Below are positions 35,984 to 46,071 of a stretch of DNA of 64,000 bases, piece after piece. This DNA comes from a virus: the IMG/VR virus record IMGVR_UViG_3300029448_000010, positions 19,931 through 83,930 of that record; one strand, written 5' to 3'. Under the pieces are notes generated by a model. The model did not search any database, was not told the origin of the DNA, and saw only the letters and a program-made list of their open reading frames with translations. The position numbers and the translations under genes are program-made. Every line of letters starts with the position of its first letter. Positions within the stretch are counted from its first letter, which is position 1.

Positions 35984-38637
35984 CTAAACAATTAAATAAG
36001 TATTTGCCTAGTCAGGCTAAAGAGATTCTAAATGCTTCTGAAAAGGAATTTAGAAGAGTTGTTGGTGGAAGTAGCCAAAGTGATAAAAAGAAAGCAATTA
36101 CTTCAATAGAAGATTCTATTAGAGAGAACATAATGAAGTATAGAAAGGTTCTTAGAACTAATATAGGAACTAAAACTAGACAGGCTACTAGTAAGGAAGT
36201 TAGAGAAGTTATTTTACAAATCATACAAGAAGTAAATGAGCATTTAATGACTTTAAAAACTGAGAAAAAAATGCCTTCTAGTAAAGATATAGCAGTACAA
36301 GAACATATAATAGATTCTATTAGAGATATATTAGAAGATACTAAGCATGTAAGATATAGCGGTGCTAAGTTAAAGGTTGAGGATATTATGTCTAATTCCT
36401 TTTCATCTGACCAAATAACTACTACTAAAAAGATTAATGTTTCTGAAATAGAATCAGACATTAAAATCCTTTTTAATACAAAAGAATACCCTATTCCTAA
36501 TCATATTAAAAAGAATTTAAGGGCTTTTACTGAAAGGCTTGAAGAATTGTCTAAAGCAAAGACTACTAGATTCAAAATACATAGACATGAATCCCATTTG
36601 AAAAAGATTTTTGGTAGCGATACTCAAAGGGCTAAAGATGCTAAAGATAGAAAGGCCACATATAAGTTTTGGAAAGGTATTGCTGGTCATGAAGATGATT
36701 TAGAAACTGAATTAGATAAGTTAGTTGTATTATTAAAAAAAGGTAATCCAAGTGATGCTAAAGCCGATAAAGATGTAGCGGCATTTCTAAAGTTTATGTC
36801 TGATGAACCTGATTTGAAGTATGTTTATCCATTCCCTAAAAAGACATTAGGCTTTGCTGATTTACATGCAAGGTCGTATCAATTCCTACTTAATTTCCTT
36901 AAACTGTTTAATTATGATGTTAACTTTAGAGGAAGTAAAAGTAGTTATGCGGGTAAAGGAGATTCCGACGCACCTAGCGATGATGACGATACTTCGGATT
37001 CAGAAGTAACAGGCGGTACAGGTCGAGAAGAAGTAGTATCAGACGAACCTCAAGACTGGGATGATAGCAAGGAATTAGATGTTCAAACAGAACAGAATAT
37101 AGCCGCAGAAGCCCAAAGAGCAGATAGAGCGAATCAATTGACCGTAGGTGAAGATGTAGTAAGAGATGTATTCAGTAATCCTGAAGTTTCAGAATTGATA
37201 AAAGATATGGAGAAAGAAGATTACGACCCATTAGGTATATTAGTAGTAAAAGATGACTTAAAGAGTTTAATGCCTTTATATGGAGAAATAGACGAAATTA
37301 AAGACTATTTAGAAGAAAAGAGAGCCTTGCTAGATATAGATGAAGACGATGAAGAGGCTATTTTTAAGACATTTATGGATGATTTAGAGAGAATACACTC
37401 TTTAGCAGACAGTCTAAAAGAGTTCCATTTACCTATATTTGCGGCGGAAAACCCTGTAATTAGAGAAGAATATCCAGAATTGAAGGCTAAAGCAGGGTCA
37501 ACAGGTGCAGACATTGATAGATTTTTAGAATTGTTTGCTAATTTAATCCAAGATGAAAAAGCGACTATGGCTAATGTAACTGCTCTTGATTTAAGGGGCG
37601 CAAGCACCGGAGGGAAAAAGGAAGAAAAAGCCCCACCAAGATATTTCAAATATGTTAAGGGAGTTGCCTCAAGAAAAGGTTCTCCTAGACAGTCCTTTAA
37701 AGCAGCAAGTTCAGCAAACTCTAAGATTAATGCGGCTATTAATAGAGTAGTTAAAGAAATGGCACATGTATTTATTACTCCACAAATGTCTCATTTAGAT
37801 GCGGGAATATCTCTCCCCTTTAAGAATAACTTTGCTCTAAGATTAATTTCCTCAACTAAAAAATTAGATGAAAAGTTTAAGATTTATCAAGCCATAAATC
37901 AAAAGTTTATGAGTACAGGAGAAGCATTCATAGATGAAGAAGCCGTGGTTAAATTAAGGTCATTTACTAATATGCTGGCTAAAGGTGATGCAGTTCAGAA
38001 TTTTGAGAACATTAAATCGGCAGGTGCTAAGTTTGCAGAGGCATTGTATGACATCGCTGAATATACTGAAGATAAAACAAAGACTAAATTAAATAACAAC
38101 ATAAAGGAAAGCATACAAAAAGATGTGGCGGCAATACTAGGTTCTATTAGAAGCATTTCTAATGTTAGAAGAGATGAATATTTCATGAATAATACATGGG
38201 GTAACAAGATAGGAATACTAGACGAGTATAAGAAAAGTAAGAAGGATGGAATAGAAGATATTTCAGTCCTTAGAGTAATTCTAGATTTGTTGGAAACCAA
38301 GCACGGTGAAACTGCAATACCCGACAAGAACGAAAGACAGAAGTTGCTAGATGATTTGAGAGAGATTAAGAAAAGTGAAGTTAGTGAAAAAATACTAAGT
38401 GTTCACGATTCTATTCGGCTACTAAAACAGAAGCCGGTATTTTATGGTAAAAAGAAAATCAATAACTTTGACCATATAGGTGACATGATAACTAAGATGG
38501 AAAGGGAATACAATTTAGATATTAGCGCAAGTGAGATAACAGGTGTTGTTAATGAATTGGATTCTTTTGATAGTATTAGTAAATCTTACGGTATTAGTAC
38601 AGAACATGTTTATGTGATTAAAGCCAACTTTAGGTGA
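35980..38637 (+). CDS. Large hypothetical protein (possible internal virion protein)
   Basis: 885 aa with an acidic linker; no recognisable motif. Confidence 0.7.
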   Translation: MTKQLNKYLPSQAKEILNASEKEFRRVVGGSSQSDKKKAITSIEDSIRENIMKYRKVLRTNIGTKTRQATSKEVREVILQIIQEVNEHLMTLKTEKKMPSSKDIAVQEHIIDSIRDILEDTKHVRYSGAKLKVEDIMSNSFSSDQITTTKKINVSEIESDIKILFNTKEYPIPNHIKKNLRAFTERLEELSKAKTTRFKIHRHESHLKKIFGSDTQRAKDAKDRKATYKFWKGIAGHEDDLETELDKLVVLLKKGNPSDAKADKDVAAFLKFMSDEPDLKYVYPFPKKTLGFADLHARSYQFLLNFLKLFNYDVNFRGSKSSYAGKGDSDAPSDDDDTSDSEVTGGTGREEVVSDEPQDWDDSKELDVQTEQNIAAEAQRADRANQLTVGEDVVRDVFSNPEVSELIKDMEKEDYDPLGILVVKDDLKSLMPLYGEIDEIKDYLEEKRALLDIDEDDEEAIFKTFMDDLERIHSLADSLKEFHLPIFAAENPVIREEYPELKAKAGSTGADIDRFLELFANLIQDEKATMANVTALDLRGASTGGKKEEKAPPRYFKYVKGVASRKGSPRQSFKAASSANSKINAAINRVVKEMAHVFITPQMSHLDAGISLPFKNNFALRLISSTKKLDEKFKIYQAINQKFMSTGEAFIDEEAVVKLRSFTNMLAKGDAVQNFENIKSAGAKFAEALYDIAEYTEDKTKTKLNNNIKESIQKDVAAILGSIRSISNVRRDEYFMNNTWGNKIGILDEYKKSKKDGIEDISVLRVILDLLETKHGETAIPDKNERQKLLDDLREIKKSEVSEKILSVHDSIRLLKQKPVFYGKKKINNFDHIGDMITKMEREYNLDISASEITGVVNELDSFDSISKSYGISTEHVYVIKANFR

Positions 38638-38641
38638 TAGC

Positions 38642-39121
38642 ATGGGTTGGTTTGAGATATTAAAAAGAACAGAAATTGTTCCCGAAGAATCTCTTGAGCA
38701 TTTAGAAGAGTTTGTTTTAGCAGAAGAGAAAGGCTATCCTTCTGTATTGCACCCTCTAAAAATAGTCGCTGAGTTTGATGATGATACAAACGATTTGAAG
38801 GCTTATACTTCTTTTAGAGATTTTGGTAAATTCTTTTTTGTAGGTAATAGTTATTCTTTTGTTAGGGGCGGCGGTTTTTACAAGAAAGTTCTAAACTTTA
38901 GAGACAAGTTTTTAGGTTCTTCTAAACCTAAGATTGCTTTACTTAATGTTAAAGAGTCCACTCAAATAGACAGAATGACTTCTTTAGTTGAAGGTAGGGG
39001 AGGCATTAAGATAGAAGAATATTCACAAGTGGATGATGTTATGGATGAATCTATGTATAACGAATTTAAGAAATTACCTATGTTTAGATACCCGCCATTA
39101 AAAGAAGGTGAAGAAGAATGA
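38642..39121 (+). CDS. Tagged protein, possible GNAT-fold acetyltransferase (MGWFEILK)
   Basis: FVGNSYSFVRGGGFYKKVL resembles the acetyl-CoA binding R-G-x-G motif A. Confidence 0.45.
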   Translation: MGWFEILKRTEIVPEESLEHLEEFVLAEEKGYPSVLHPLKIVAEFDDDTNDLKAYTSFRDFGKFFFVGNSYSFVRGGGFYKKVLNFRDKFLGSSKPKIALLNVKESTQIDRMTSLVEGRGGIKIEEYSQVDDVMDESMYNEFKKLPMFRYPPLKEGEEE

Positions 39122-39534
39122 ATTGGTTTGATGTATTAAAATTAAAAGACGATGATGGAAACTTGTTAATTGTTGAAGATGTTGACGAGTTTGTAAGATA
39201 CCTTAGAGAATCTTTAAGGGCAGTGGCCGCACCTTTCTATGGTACTATTACACAACCAAAGAGCGAAGGAAATCCTAGAAAATCGAACATAGTTGTAAAG
39301 GAAACATGGGTCGATGATAATACCTTAAAGGTAGTAGCCAGCGTAAGAAATCCTAATACGACACAAAGAGAATACTTTGAAATTATTCTCCGAGAAAATG
39401 AAGAAGGAGACTTTTACTTTGATAAGGTTGAAGGGGCGGGAGTGTTCCTATTCCGTAACACTAATGTCAGTAATTCGGGTAAATTAATACAAGAAATACA
39501 GCAAGCGGTTAAGAGATATTTACAAAGTAGTTGA
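39118..39534 (+). CDS. Tagged hypothetical protein (MNWFDVLK)
   Basis: N-terminal tag. Confidence 0.7.
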   Translation: MNWFDVLKLKDDDGNLLIVEDVDEFVRYLRESLRAVAAPFYGTITQPKSEGNPRKSNIVVKETWVDDNTLKVVASVRNPNTTQREYFEIILRENEEGDFYFDKVEGAGVFLFRNTNVSNSGKLIQEIQQAVKRYLQSS

Positions 39535-39538
39535 TTGC

Positions 39539-40969
39539 ATGGAAATAGAGCCTTTTAATTTTGAACATAATATGGATATGGAGTTATCTAAAAACTCCTT
39601 TCCGTATTTTTTCCAGAATGTATTAGGTTTTGATTTTCCATCTTATATTCAAGAATGGCATGAGTTAATGAATGAAACTCAAAGGACTGTTATCATTTGT
39701 AGTCGTGACCACGGTAAGTCTGTATTTATGCACAGTTGGGTTGTATGGAAATTAATCTTTGAAGAACCCCCATACCAAATGCTATACATATCTTCTAACC
39801 AAAAGCAGACTCTTGTTCACATGAGAGACATTGATAAAATGTTTACTCATCCTATGCTTAAAAAATTCAAACCTGCTAGGGGTTGGGCTATTGGTAACAT
39901 TACATTAACTAATGGTAATCAAATCTTAGAGCGTTCCGTAGGTTCACAGATTCGTGGATTGCACCCTCAAGAAATAGTAATTGATGACCCTTTGAAAGAG
40001 TTTAGTATGACAGGTATTCAAAAGGTTACAGATTGGTTTTATGGTGACATGATACCTACACTGCATCACACTGCATCATTGAGAGTTATTGGTACTCCAT
40101 TTAGTTACACAGATATTTACCAACAGTTAGCAGAAAATGATGCTTATACGGTCAGAACATATCCATGTCTCAATTCTTTGAATGAACCCTTATGGCCGGA
40201 TAGATGGAATTACGATGCGTTGATGGCTCGTAAAGCAGAAGTAGGTTCATTGATGTTTACAAGAGAATACATGTGTGTACCTATTTCAACGGGTACTTCT
40301 TTATTCAATCCCGATTATTTAGAGAGGGCCAAAGATAAGGATTATGTTTTGAAACCACAAAGGCGTGAAGGCTTCAAGTATTATGTAGGAGTTGACCCTG
40401 CTATCTCAACCGATGGAGATTACAATGTAATTACTGTATTAGAAGTTGATGAACATGACAATAAAACAGTAGTGTTTGTTGACCGTTCTAAGAATGTTGA
40501 GTTTAGAGAGAACATAGAAAAGGTTCGTCTAATAGGAAAGATGTTTCATCCCGAAGTAGTATTGTTTGAGACAAATACATTCGCTAAATCATTTACACAA
40601 GAATTAAGGAATGTATCTGATTTGAATGTTCATGACTTTAACACTACTAGAAAAAGAAAGGAAGAGATTATTCTAAGTTTGCAGATGAATTTTGAGAATG
40701 AAAAGATTAGATTACCTTATGGTAATGAAGAGAGTCGAAGAGTATCAATGATTCTTTTAGAAGAATTGTCAATGTTTGCTATTACAGACAAAGGAAAGTT
40801 TGAGGGAATTGGAGCGCATGACGATATGGTTATGAGTTTAGCCCTCGCTAATGCAGCCACCCATACTATGAGTGAAACATTCATACTGTTAGATGACTTG
40901 GGCTTATTTGAGCCGGTTAAGACTAACCGCTATCAACGCACTGGTGGCTTTATAGGAATGAATTTTTGA
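39539..40969 (+). CDS. terL: Terminase large subunit
   Basis: Walker A SRDHGKS, Walker B IVIDD, coupling motif IGTP, nuclease GVDPA and HDDMVMSLALA. Confidence 0.95.
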   Translation: MEIEPFNFEHNMDMELSKNSFPYFFQNVLGFDFPSYIQEWHELMNETQRTVIICSRDHGKSVFMHSWVVWKLIFEEPPYQMLYISSNQKQTLVHMRDIDKMFTHPMLKKFKPARGWAIGNITLTNGNQILERSVGSQIRGLHPQEIVIDDPLKEFSMTGIQKVTDWFYGDMIPTLHHTASLRVIGTPFSYTDIYQQLAENDAYTVRTYPCLNSLNEPLWPDRWNYDALMARKAEVGSLMFTREYMCVPISTGTSLFNPDYLERAKDKDYVLKPQRREGFKYYVGVDPAISTDGDYNVITVLEVDEHDNKTVVFVDRSKNVEFRENIEKVRLIGKMFHPEVVLFETNTFAKSFTQELRNVSDLNVHDFNTTRKRKEEIILSLQMNFENEKIRLPYGNEESRRVSMILLEELSMFAITDKGKFEGIGAHDDMVMSLALANAATHTMSETFILLDDLGLFEPVKTNRYQRTGGFIGMNF

Positions 40970-40978
40970 GGTGGTTAT

Positions 40979-42334
40979 GTGACAACGGCAGAAGAATACG
41001 ACGAAGCCTCTGAAAGAATGAAGCGTTTAGCGGAGTTAGAGAGAGAAAAGCAAGAAGAATTATCAGAAGTTCAAAATGATTTAAGCACTAAATTAACAGG
41101 AGTTTCTGATTATGTCATGTCTGATTATGAAGCAGTAAATACTTTATCCAAGAATCTAAATATTAATGCTACTGATGCTAGGAAACAACTATCCACATTT
41201 CCTTCTGAATATATTGTTGATGGTCAAAATATCCCAGACCTAGTAAGAAAAATGCGTAAAGCAAGAAGGAAACTAAAAGGAGATTCTAGAATAAGAATGT
41301 CTGAAACTATTGATACAGTTATTGATGGATATGCAGACCACATAAACAAATGTATTGATTCTATTTATTGGATTACTCCGTATAAGATTCCTCTATTGAA
41401 AATGAGATTCAACGAAAAAGATTTATCTAAATTAAATAAGATTTCAGAAGTTAAACAAAGAAGAAACATAGTTGATTCTCTTTGTAAATTATGGGAAATA
41501 GATTTAAACAAAACAGATATGGCTTTTGGTTCTAACTATGCTAAATTGGAAAAAGAATCTAGATTAGCAAAAAAGCAATTTAGAGAAGAGTTAAAGAAAA
41601 TTAGCGACCAATCTTTAATTAAATCTAAAAAGGAAAAGTCTTTAAATTTTATTTTAAAATCAATATGCGAAAATCCGGGAATTGGTATTGGAACTATTCA
41701 TGACCAAATGCCAAACAATTTACATAAAGCCAATTCAAGTAATACTATTTCTAAAATGATTAAGAAATTAGAAGTAGGTAGTATAAATGGTGCTTATTAT
41801 AAATTACCTAATGAATTAAAAAAGAATGTTTGGGCTTATACTGCCGCATTTATTGATTCCGACGGCTATATTACTATGGATAGAAACCATAATCCAAGAG
41901 TAGGGTTGGTTGCCACTGGAGAAAGAGGTAAGGTGTTTATGAATGAAATGCACAAATCTATTGGGTTTGGTAAGTTGCATTTAGACCAAAAATCCCCTCA
42001 AGATACACGGCCTGTTAATCGCTTAAACTTTTATTCACAAGGAGATGTAGTCAATCTATTAACTAAATGCTTACCACATTTCAGACTAAAGAAGGGTAAT
42101 GCTGAATTATTATTAGAATTAATTCGCATGAAAAAGTCACACAAGAAGGCTGATTGGTATAAGTCTAGGTGTGATGAGATATTCAAGTTAATGAAATGGG
42201 AGAACCATAAAGACCATGTTGGTTTTGATTTTGCTAAAGAAGGAATATATGTTGATGATATTTCTAAGTTACAAGGTAACTGTAAGATGTCTGCTATGGA
42301 TGAGTTAGAAGGTATTGGAGGTATGATAGTATGA
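40979..42334 (+). CDS. Protein with C-terminal LAGLIDADG endonuclease-like domain
   Basis: WAYTAAFIDSDGYI plus downstream GFG.L and LPHFRLKK; long helical/HTH N-terminal region. Confidence 0.75.
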   Translation: MTTAEEYDEASERMKRLAELEREKQEELSEVQNDLSTKLTGVSDYVMSDYEAVNTLSKNLNINATDARKQLSTFPSEYIVDGQNIPDLVRKMRKARRKLKGDSRIRMSETIDTVIDGYADHINKCIDSIYWITPYKIPLLKMRFNEKDLSKLNKISEVKQRRNIVDSLCKLWEIDLNKTDMAFGSNYAKLEKESRLAKKQFREELKKISDQSLIKSKKEKSLNFILKSICENPGIGIGTIHDQMPNNLHKANSSNTISKMIKKLEVGSINGAYYKLPNELKKNVWAYTAAFIDSDGYITMDRNHNPRVGLVATGERGKVFMNEMHKSIGFGKLHLDQKSPQDTRPVNRLNFYSQGDVVNLLTKCLPHFRLKKGNAELLLELIRMKKSHKKADWYKSRCDEIFKLMKWENHKDHVGFDFAKEGIYVDDISKLQGNCKMSAMDELEGIGGMIV

Positions 42335-42528
42335 GTTGGGAAGAAGTATTGAAAAAGAAATCCACTGTCAATTCAGCAGGTAATTACACTAAACCTAAAC
42401 TTCGTAAAAAAATCTTTAACCGAATTAAAGCAGGTAATAAGGGCGGTGCATCCGGTCAATGGTCTGCTAGAAAAGCACAGATGGTTGCCGCCGCCTACAA
42501 AAAAGCAGGTGGTGGTTATCGTGATTAA
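42331..42528 (+). CDS. Tagged small basic protein (MSWEEVLK)
   Basis: YTKP.LR...GG..GQWSARKAQ...YKKAGGGY, a motif widespread in viral proteins. Confidence 0.7.
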   Translation: MSWEEVLKKKSTVNSAGNYTKPKLRKKIFNRIKAGNKGGASGQWSARKAQMVAAAYKKAGGGYRD

Positions 42529-42793
42529 TTGGCGTGATGTTCTCAAAGCCAAAGCAGAAACTCAACAGGCTTTAACCACTTGGACTGACGAAGAATGGGG
42601 AAGTCAAAAACAACACAAAGCGAAAGCAAAGGGTAAAACCCCCCCTTCTAAAGCAAAAGGAAGATATATGCCTAAAAGTAAATTTCAAGGAACAGGACAA
42701 GGAAGATTAGACTATCAAGACAAAAAGAAAGAAGAAGGAACTGAACAAGGAAAACAACATGTTCCAACAGGAAAGAAGTTCAAGCAGGTGTGA
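42521..42793 (+). CDS. Tagged small basic protein (MINWRDVLK)
   Basis: Likely GTG start at 42521; Q.AL..WT.EEW...RYMP...GKQHV. Often the C-terminal partner of the previous motif (from recall). Confidence 0.6.
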   Translation: MINWRDVLKAKAETQQALTTWTDEEWGSQKQHKAKAKGKTPPSKAKGRYMPKSKFQGTGQGRLDYQDKKKEEGTEQGKQHVPTGKKFKQV

Positions 42794-42795
42794 TT

Positions 42796-43146
42796 ATGTG
42801 GGAAGATATTCTGAAAAAGAAACCTAAAAGTGCTAGGTCAAGAGCCTTAGAGAGAGCCAAAAAGAAAGGGCTTAAAGGATTAAATAGACCACAGCGATTA
42901 AAAGACAGTTCAGGAAAATCACATCATGTAATGGCCTTTGAAGGTAAAAAAGCCAAGTACATTAAATTCGGTCAAGCAGGTGTAAAAACAAATCAAACTG
43001 CCGGACAACGAAAAGCATTCAAATCTAGACACGCAAAGAACATAAAGCGTGGTAAAATGTCTGCCGCTTATTGGGCTGATAAGGTAAAGTGGAGTCCAAA
43101 GAAAACCAAAGAAAAGAAGAATAAGAAATGGCGGAAGGGTAGTTGA
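42796..43146 (+). CDS. Tagged small basic protein (MWEDILK)
   Basis: IKFGQ.G...RKAFKSRH...SAAYWA..VKW, a motif common in phage proteins. Confidence 0.7.
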   Translation: MWEDILKKKPKSARSRALERAKKKGLKGLNRPQRLKDSSGKSHHVMAFEGKKAKYIKFGQAGVKTNQTAGQRKAFKSRHAKNIKRGKMSAAYWADKVKWSPKKTKEKKNKKWRKGS

Positions 43147-43614
43147 ATGTGGAAAGACATATTAAAGGCTGATTTTGTGGTAAAAACCAATTGGCCTGAA
43201 GCGGATTTTTGGCTACAAAAAAGAGGTTCTGAACAGAATGTCGGAAAGCCTATGAGAAAGTTTAGCAAGGTTCAAGGTCAATATAACATAGGAATTAAAG
43301 TACCGAAAGGAATGAATAAAGAATATGTATATGCACAATTAGCGGCACTATTTAGAAAAGGATATTGGCAAACACATTCTTACGGTACTATTAATTTACA
43401 GCATATTAGAGTCGATGATGTAAAGAAGATACTACAATCTTTTGAAAATAAAGAAGACTACACAGATGCTACATCAGATAAGATAGAAAAAATATATGAT
43501 AAGTGGCTAAATGATTCTAAGTTGATAAGTCAATTACTTATGTCAAGTAACTCTCTAATTAGAGAAGGTCGGGAAATTAAAAGGTTCTTAGGGAAAATGG
43601 AGGACATGAGATGA
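43147..43614 (+). CDS. Tagged hypothetical protein (MWKDILK)
   Basis: ADFWLQKRGSEQNVGKP domain after the tag. Confidence 0.7.
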   Translation: MWKDILKADFVVKTNWPEADFWLQKRGSEQNVGKPMRKFSKVQGQYNIGIKVPKGMNKEYVYAQLAALFRKGYWQTHSYGTINLQHIRVDDVKKILQSFENKEDYTDATSDKIEKIYDKWLNDSKLISQLLMSSNSLIREGREIKRFLGKMEDMR

Positions 43615-43754
43615 AGTATTGCGGTCAATGTTATACTGCTGATATTGGGACTTATCCCTTCGGTTTTTGTCACGAATGTTGGGTCAAGGCTGGTAGTCCT
43701 AAGACCATGAAGATGAAAGCATTGATAAGAGAGGCAAATCCTCCAAATATTTAG
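43611..43754 (+). CDS. Small Zn-finger protein (47 aa)
   Basis: Not in the track; MKYCGQC...FCHECW; GGAGG SD. Confidence 0.55.
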   Translation: MKYCGQCYTADIGTYPFGFCHECWVKAGSPKTMKMKALIREANPPNI

Positions 43755-43764
43755 GGGTGTAATT

Positions 43765-45405
43765 ATGGCTGAAAAGAAGAGGCGATTCTCGTTTACTAAT
43801 TTGTTTAGGCGTTCAACTCCTAAACCTGCGGATAGGCAGATATTCAACATGGGTATTCAGGAAAGACAGAATAACTACATGATGACGGCTCCTATTATTT
43901 ATTCTATGGTTCAACAATCAGTTATTGTTAGGACTTGTATTACTCAATTAAAACAAGAGGTTTATAGAAGAGGTTATGTTTGGGAAAAAGCATTTGATTC
44001 TATTTGTAAACAATGCGGTAAAAAACACCAAAGACCTGTATCTGAATGTTCTAGATGCAAAAGCACTGATTTGAAAAAGCCAGATGTAAAGCAATTAGAG
44101 TATGCAGAAAAGTTTTTAGAAGGATATGTTAATCCTTCTGAACAATTATTTATTGATGTTCTGAAAGAATTAGAAGATGATTTGAATACAATGGATGATG
44201 CCTACATTGTCTTAGTTAAAGAATATTTCCTAGACGGTAATGGTAAAATAAGAATGCACCGCATAAAAGAAATCTTTAGAGGCGACCCTGTTACCATGTT
44301 TATTTATGCAGACGAAGAAGGTGTAAAGGGTACAAAAGGATTCACATGTATTAACCATAGAACAGTATTAGATACTGAACCGCACCACACTTGCGAAGAA
44401 TGTAATGGTAAACTATATCCTGTTCATTATGTTAATAGGGCGAATGGAGAAGACCAATACTTCTTAGAAGGCGAGGTACTACACTTTAGTAAATATAGCC
44501 CTAGTAGGCTGTACGGTTTCTCTCCTGTAATTACATTATACAATCATATCATGACTCTAATTGCTATGGAGAATTATGTTAATTCAGCCTATACTAAGAG
44601 CAGAATGCCTAGAGGATTATTGGCAGTACAGACTCGTAACATGGATTCAATGAGAGCCTTTTGGCGTGGTGTAAAAGAGAAGATGGAATCAGACCCTCAC
44701 TTTATTCCTGTTATGGGTGTTGAATCAGATGGTGGCGGTAAAGGTGCTGTTGAATGGATTAAGTTTATGGATAGTCTAAAAGAAATGGATTACATGTCCG
44801 TAAAGGATGATTTAAGAGATAGGATTTCGGCATTCTATGGAGTAAGTAAAGTATTCATGGCAGACAATACCACTAGTGGTGGGTTGAATAATGAAGGTAT
44901 GCAGATTCTTGTTACTAATCGTGCAGTGCAAATGGCACAGAATGTGTATAATAATTATGTATTCCCGTATTTAATCAAGCAATTTGGTATTACTGATTGG
45001 GTTCTAAAACTACCTCCATCAGAAGAAGAAGATGAAATTTCAGAACTTCGTAAAAGAGAATTAGAAGTTAGTATTGCGGCAGCAATTAAAAATCTAGGAT
45101 TTGAAGTTGAGATGGATGAAGACGGTCAATTTACTTATGAAAAACCTAAACCTATGGAGTCACAAGAAGGAGAAGAAGGGCAAAAAGGAAGTAAAGACCC
45201 CTTAGCAGGTTCTAATTTAGACCAAAGAGATTTAGACGAAAGTATGCGAGTAATGGCAGAAGGCGGAAGTAAGCCACAAGAAAATCCAGCGACAACTAGA
45301 AATAAGCCTAGTGTTGAGACAGGGCCAGATAAGCGTCTAACCGGATTACCTGAAGATGCCGGAAATCAGAATGTTGATTCAAGAACAGAAAGAAGAGTTG
45401 GTTGA
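43765..45405 (+). CDS. Portal protein
   Basis: LYGFSP, PRGLL, RISAFYGV portal motifs; two Zn-ribbon insertions; position after terL. Confidence 0.9.
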   Translation: MAEKKRRFSFTNLFRRSTPKPADRQIFNMGIQERQNNYMMTAPIIYSMVQQSVIVRTCITQLKQEVYRRGYVWEKAFDSICKQCGKKHQRPVSECSRCKSTDLKKPDVKQLEYAEKFLEGYVNPSEQLFIDVLKELEDDLNTMDDAYIVLVKEYFLDGNGKIRMHRIKEIFRGDPVTMFIYADEEGVKGTKGFTCINHRTVLDTEPHHTCEECNGKLYPVHYVNRANGEDQYFLEGEVLHFSKYSPSRLYGFSPVITLYNHIMTLIAMENYVNSAYTKSRMPRGLLAVQTRNMDSMRAFWRGVKEKMESDPHFIPVMGVESDGGGKGAVEWIKFMDSLKEMDYMSVKDDLRDRISAFYGVSKVFMADNTTSGGLNNEGMQILVTNRAVQMAQNVYNNYVFPYLIKQFGITDWVLKLPPSEEEDEISELRKRELEVSIAAAIKNLGFEVEMDEDGQFTYEKPKPMESQEGEEGQKGSKDPLAGSNLDQRDLDESMRVMAEGGSKPQENPATTRNKPSVETGPDKRLTGLPEDAGNQNVDSRTERRVG

Positions 45406-45406
45406 T

Positions 45407-45835
45407 ATGGATTGGAAATCTATTATTAAAAAAGCAAGGACTATGGCGGATTTAAGCGATAGCGATAAATCAACCCTTGAAAAAGAAAAAGAAAGGTATA
45501 ATAGAACCATAGAAGATGACCCAACAGAATATGATTCATTTGAAGAAATCGTAAACTTTTATTTATCTGAAGGAAAATCAATTCCTCAAATCGTGGAAAG
45601 TTTAGATGACGAATATAATGAATGGTTCACTTCTTCTGATGGGGAAAAATGGGCTAAATCTAAGGGTGGAATGACTCATAGAGAATATTATGATGTAGTG
45701 GATGACATGCTTGGAGAGGATAGCGACCATTTTACCGAGGATTATGACCTTAGCGAAGAAGCACTGGAAAGGCGGTCTGAAAGAAGTGCAGATGCTTATT
45801 TCTCAGGCGGCGGATATAATATGGGTGATGACTAA
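45407..45835 (+). CDS. Tagged acidic protein (MDWKSIIK)
   Basis: Likely start 45407, directly after the portal stop. Confidence 0.7.
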   Translation: MDWKSIIKKARTMADLSDSDKSTLEKEKERYNRTIEDDPTEYDSFEEIVNFYLSEGKSIPQIVESLDDEYNEWFTSSDGEKWAKSKGGMTHREYYDVVDDMLGEDSDHFTEDYDLSEEALERRSERSADAYFSGGGYNMGDD

Positions 45836-46062
45836 TGAAAGAAGATAGTAAGCAAAAAGAAATGAGACTAAAGAAAGAATTAGCAAAGATTAGGAGTCAA
45901 AATGCGGCAGATAGTCGTAAAGCAACTCCTAGCAGGGATTTCTCCGTTGGAGGATTACCGCCGGACACATCGCATAAATCAATTAATGCGTCTAATGATG
46001 TTCCCGATGTTGTTCTTTTACCTAAGAATAGAAGAGGCAAAGGCGAAAATATTCCTTTTTGA
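45835..46062 (+). CDS. Hypothetical protein
   Basis: 75 aa, TAATG-coupled, GGTGA SD. Confidence 0.6.
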   Translation: MKEDSKQKEMRLKKELAKIRSQNAADSRKATPSRDFSVGGLPPDTSHKSINASNDVPDVVLLPKNRRGKGENIPF

Positions 46063-46071
46063 TGTGATTAT

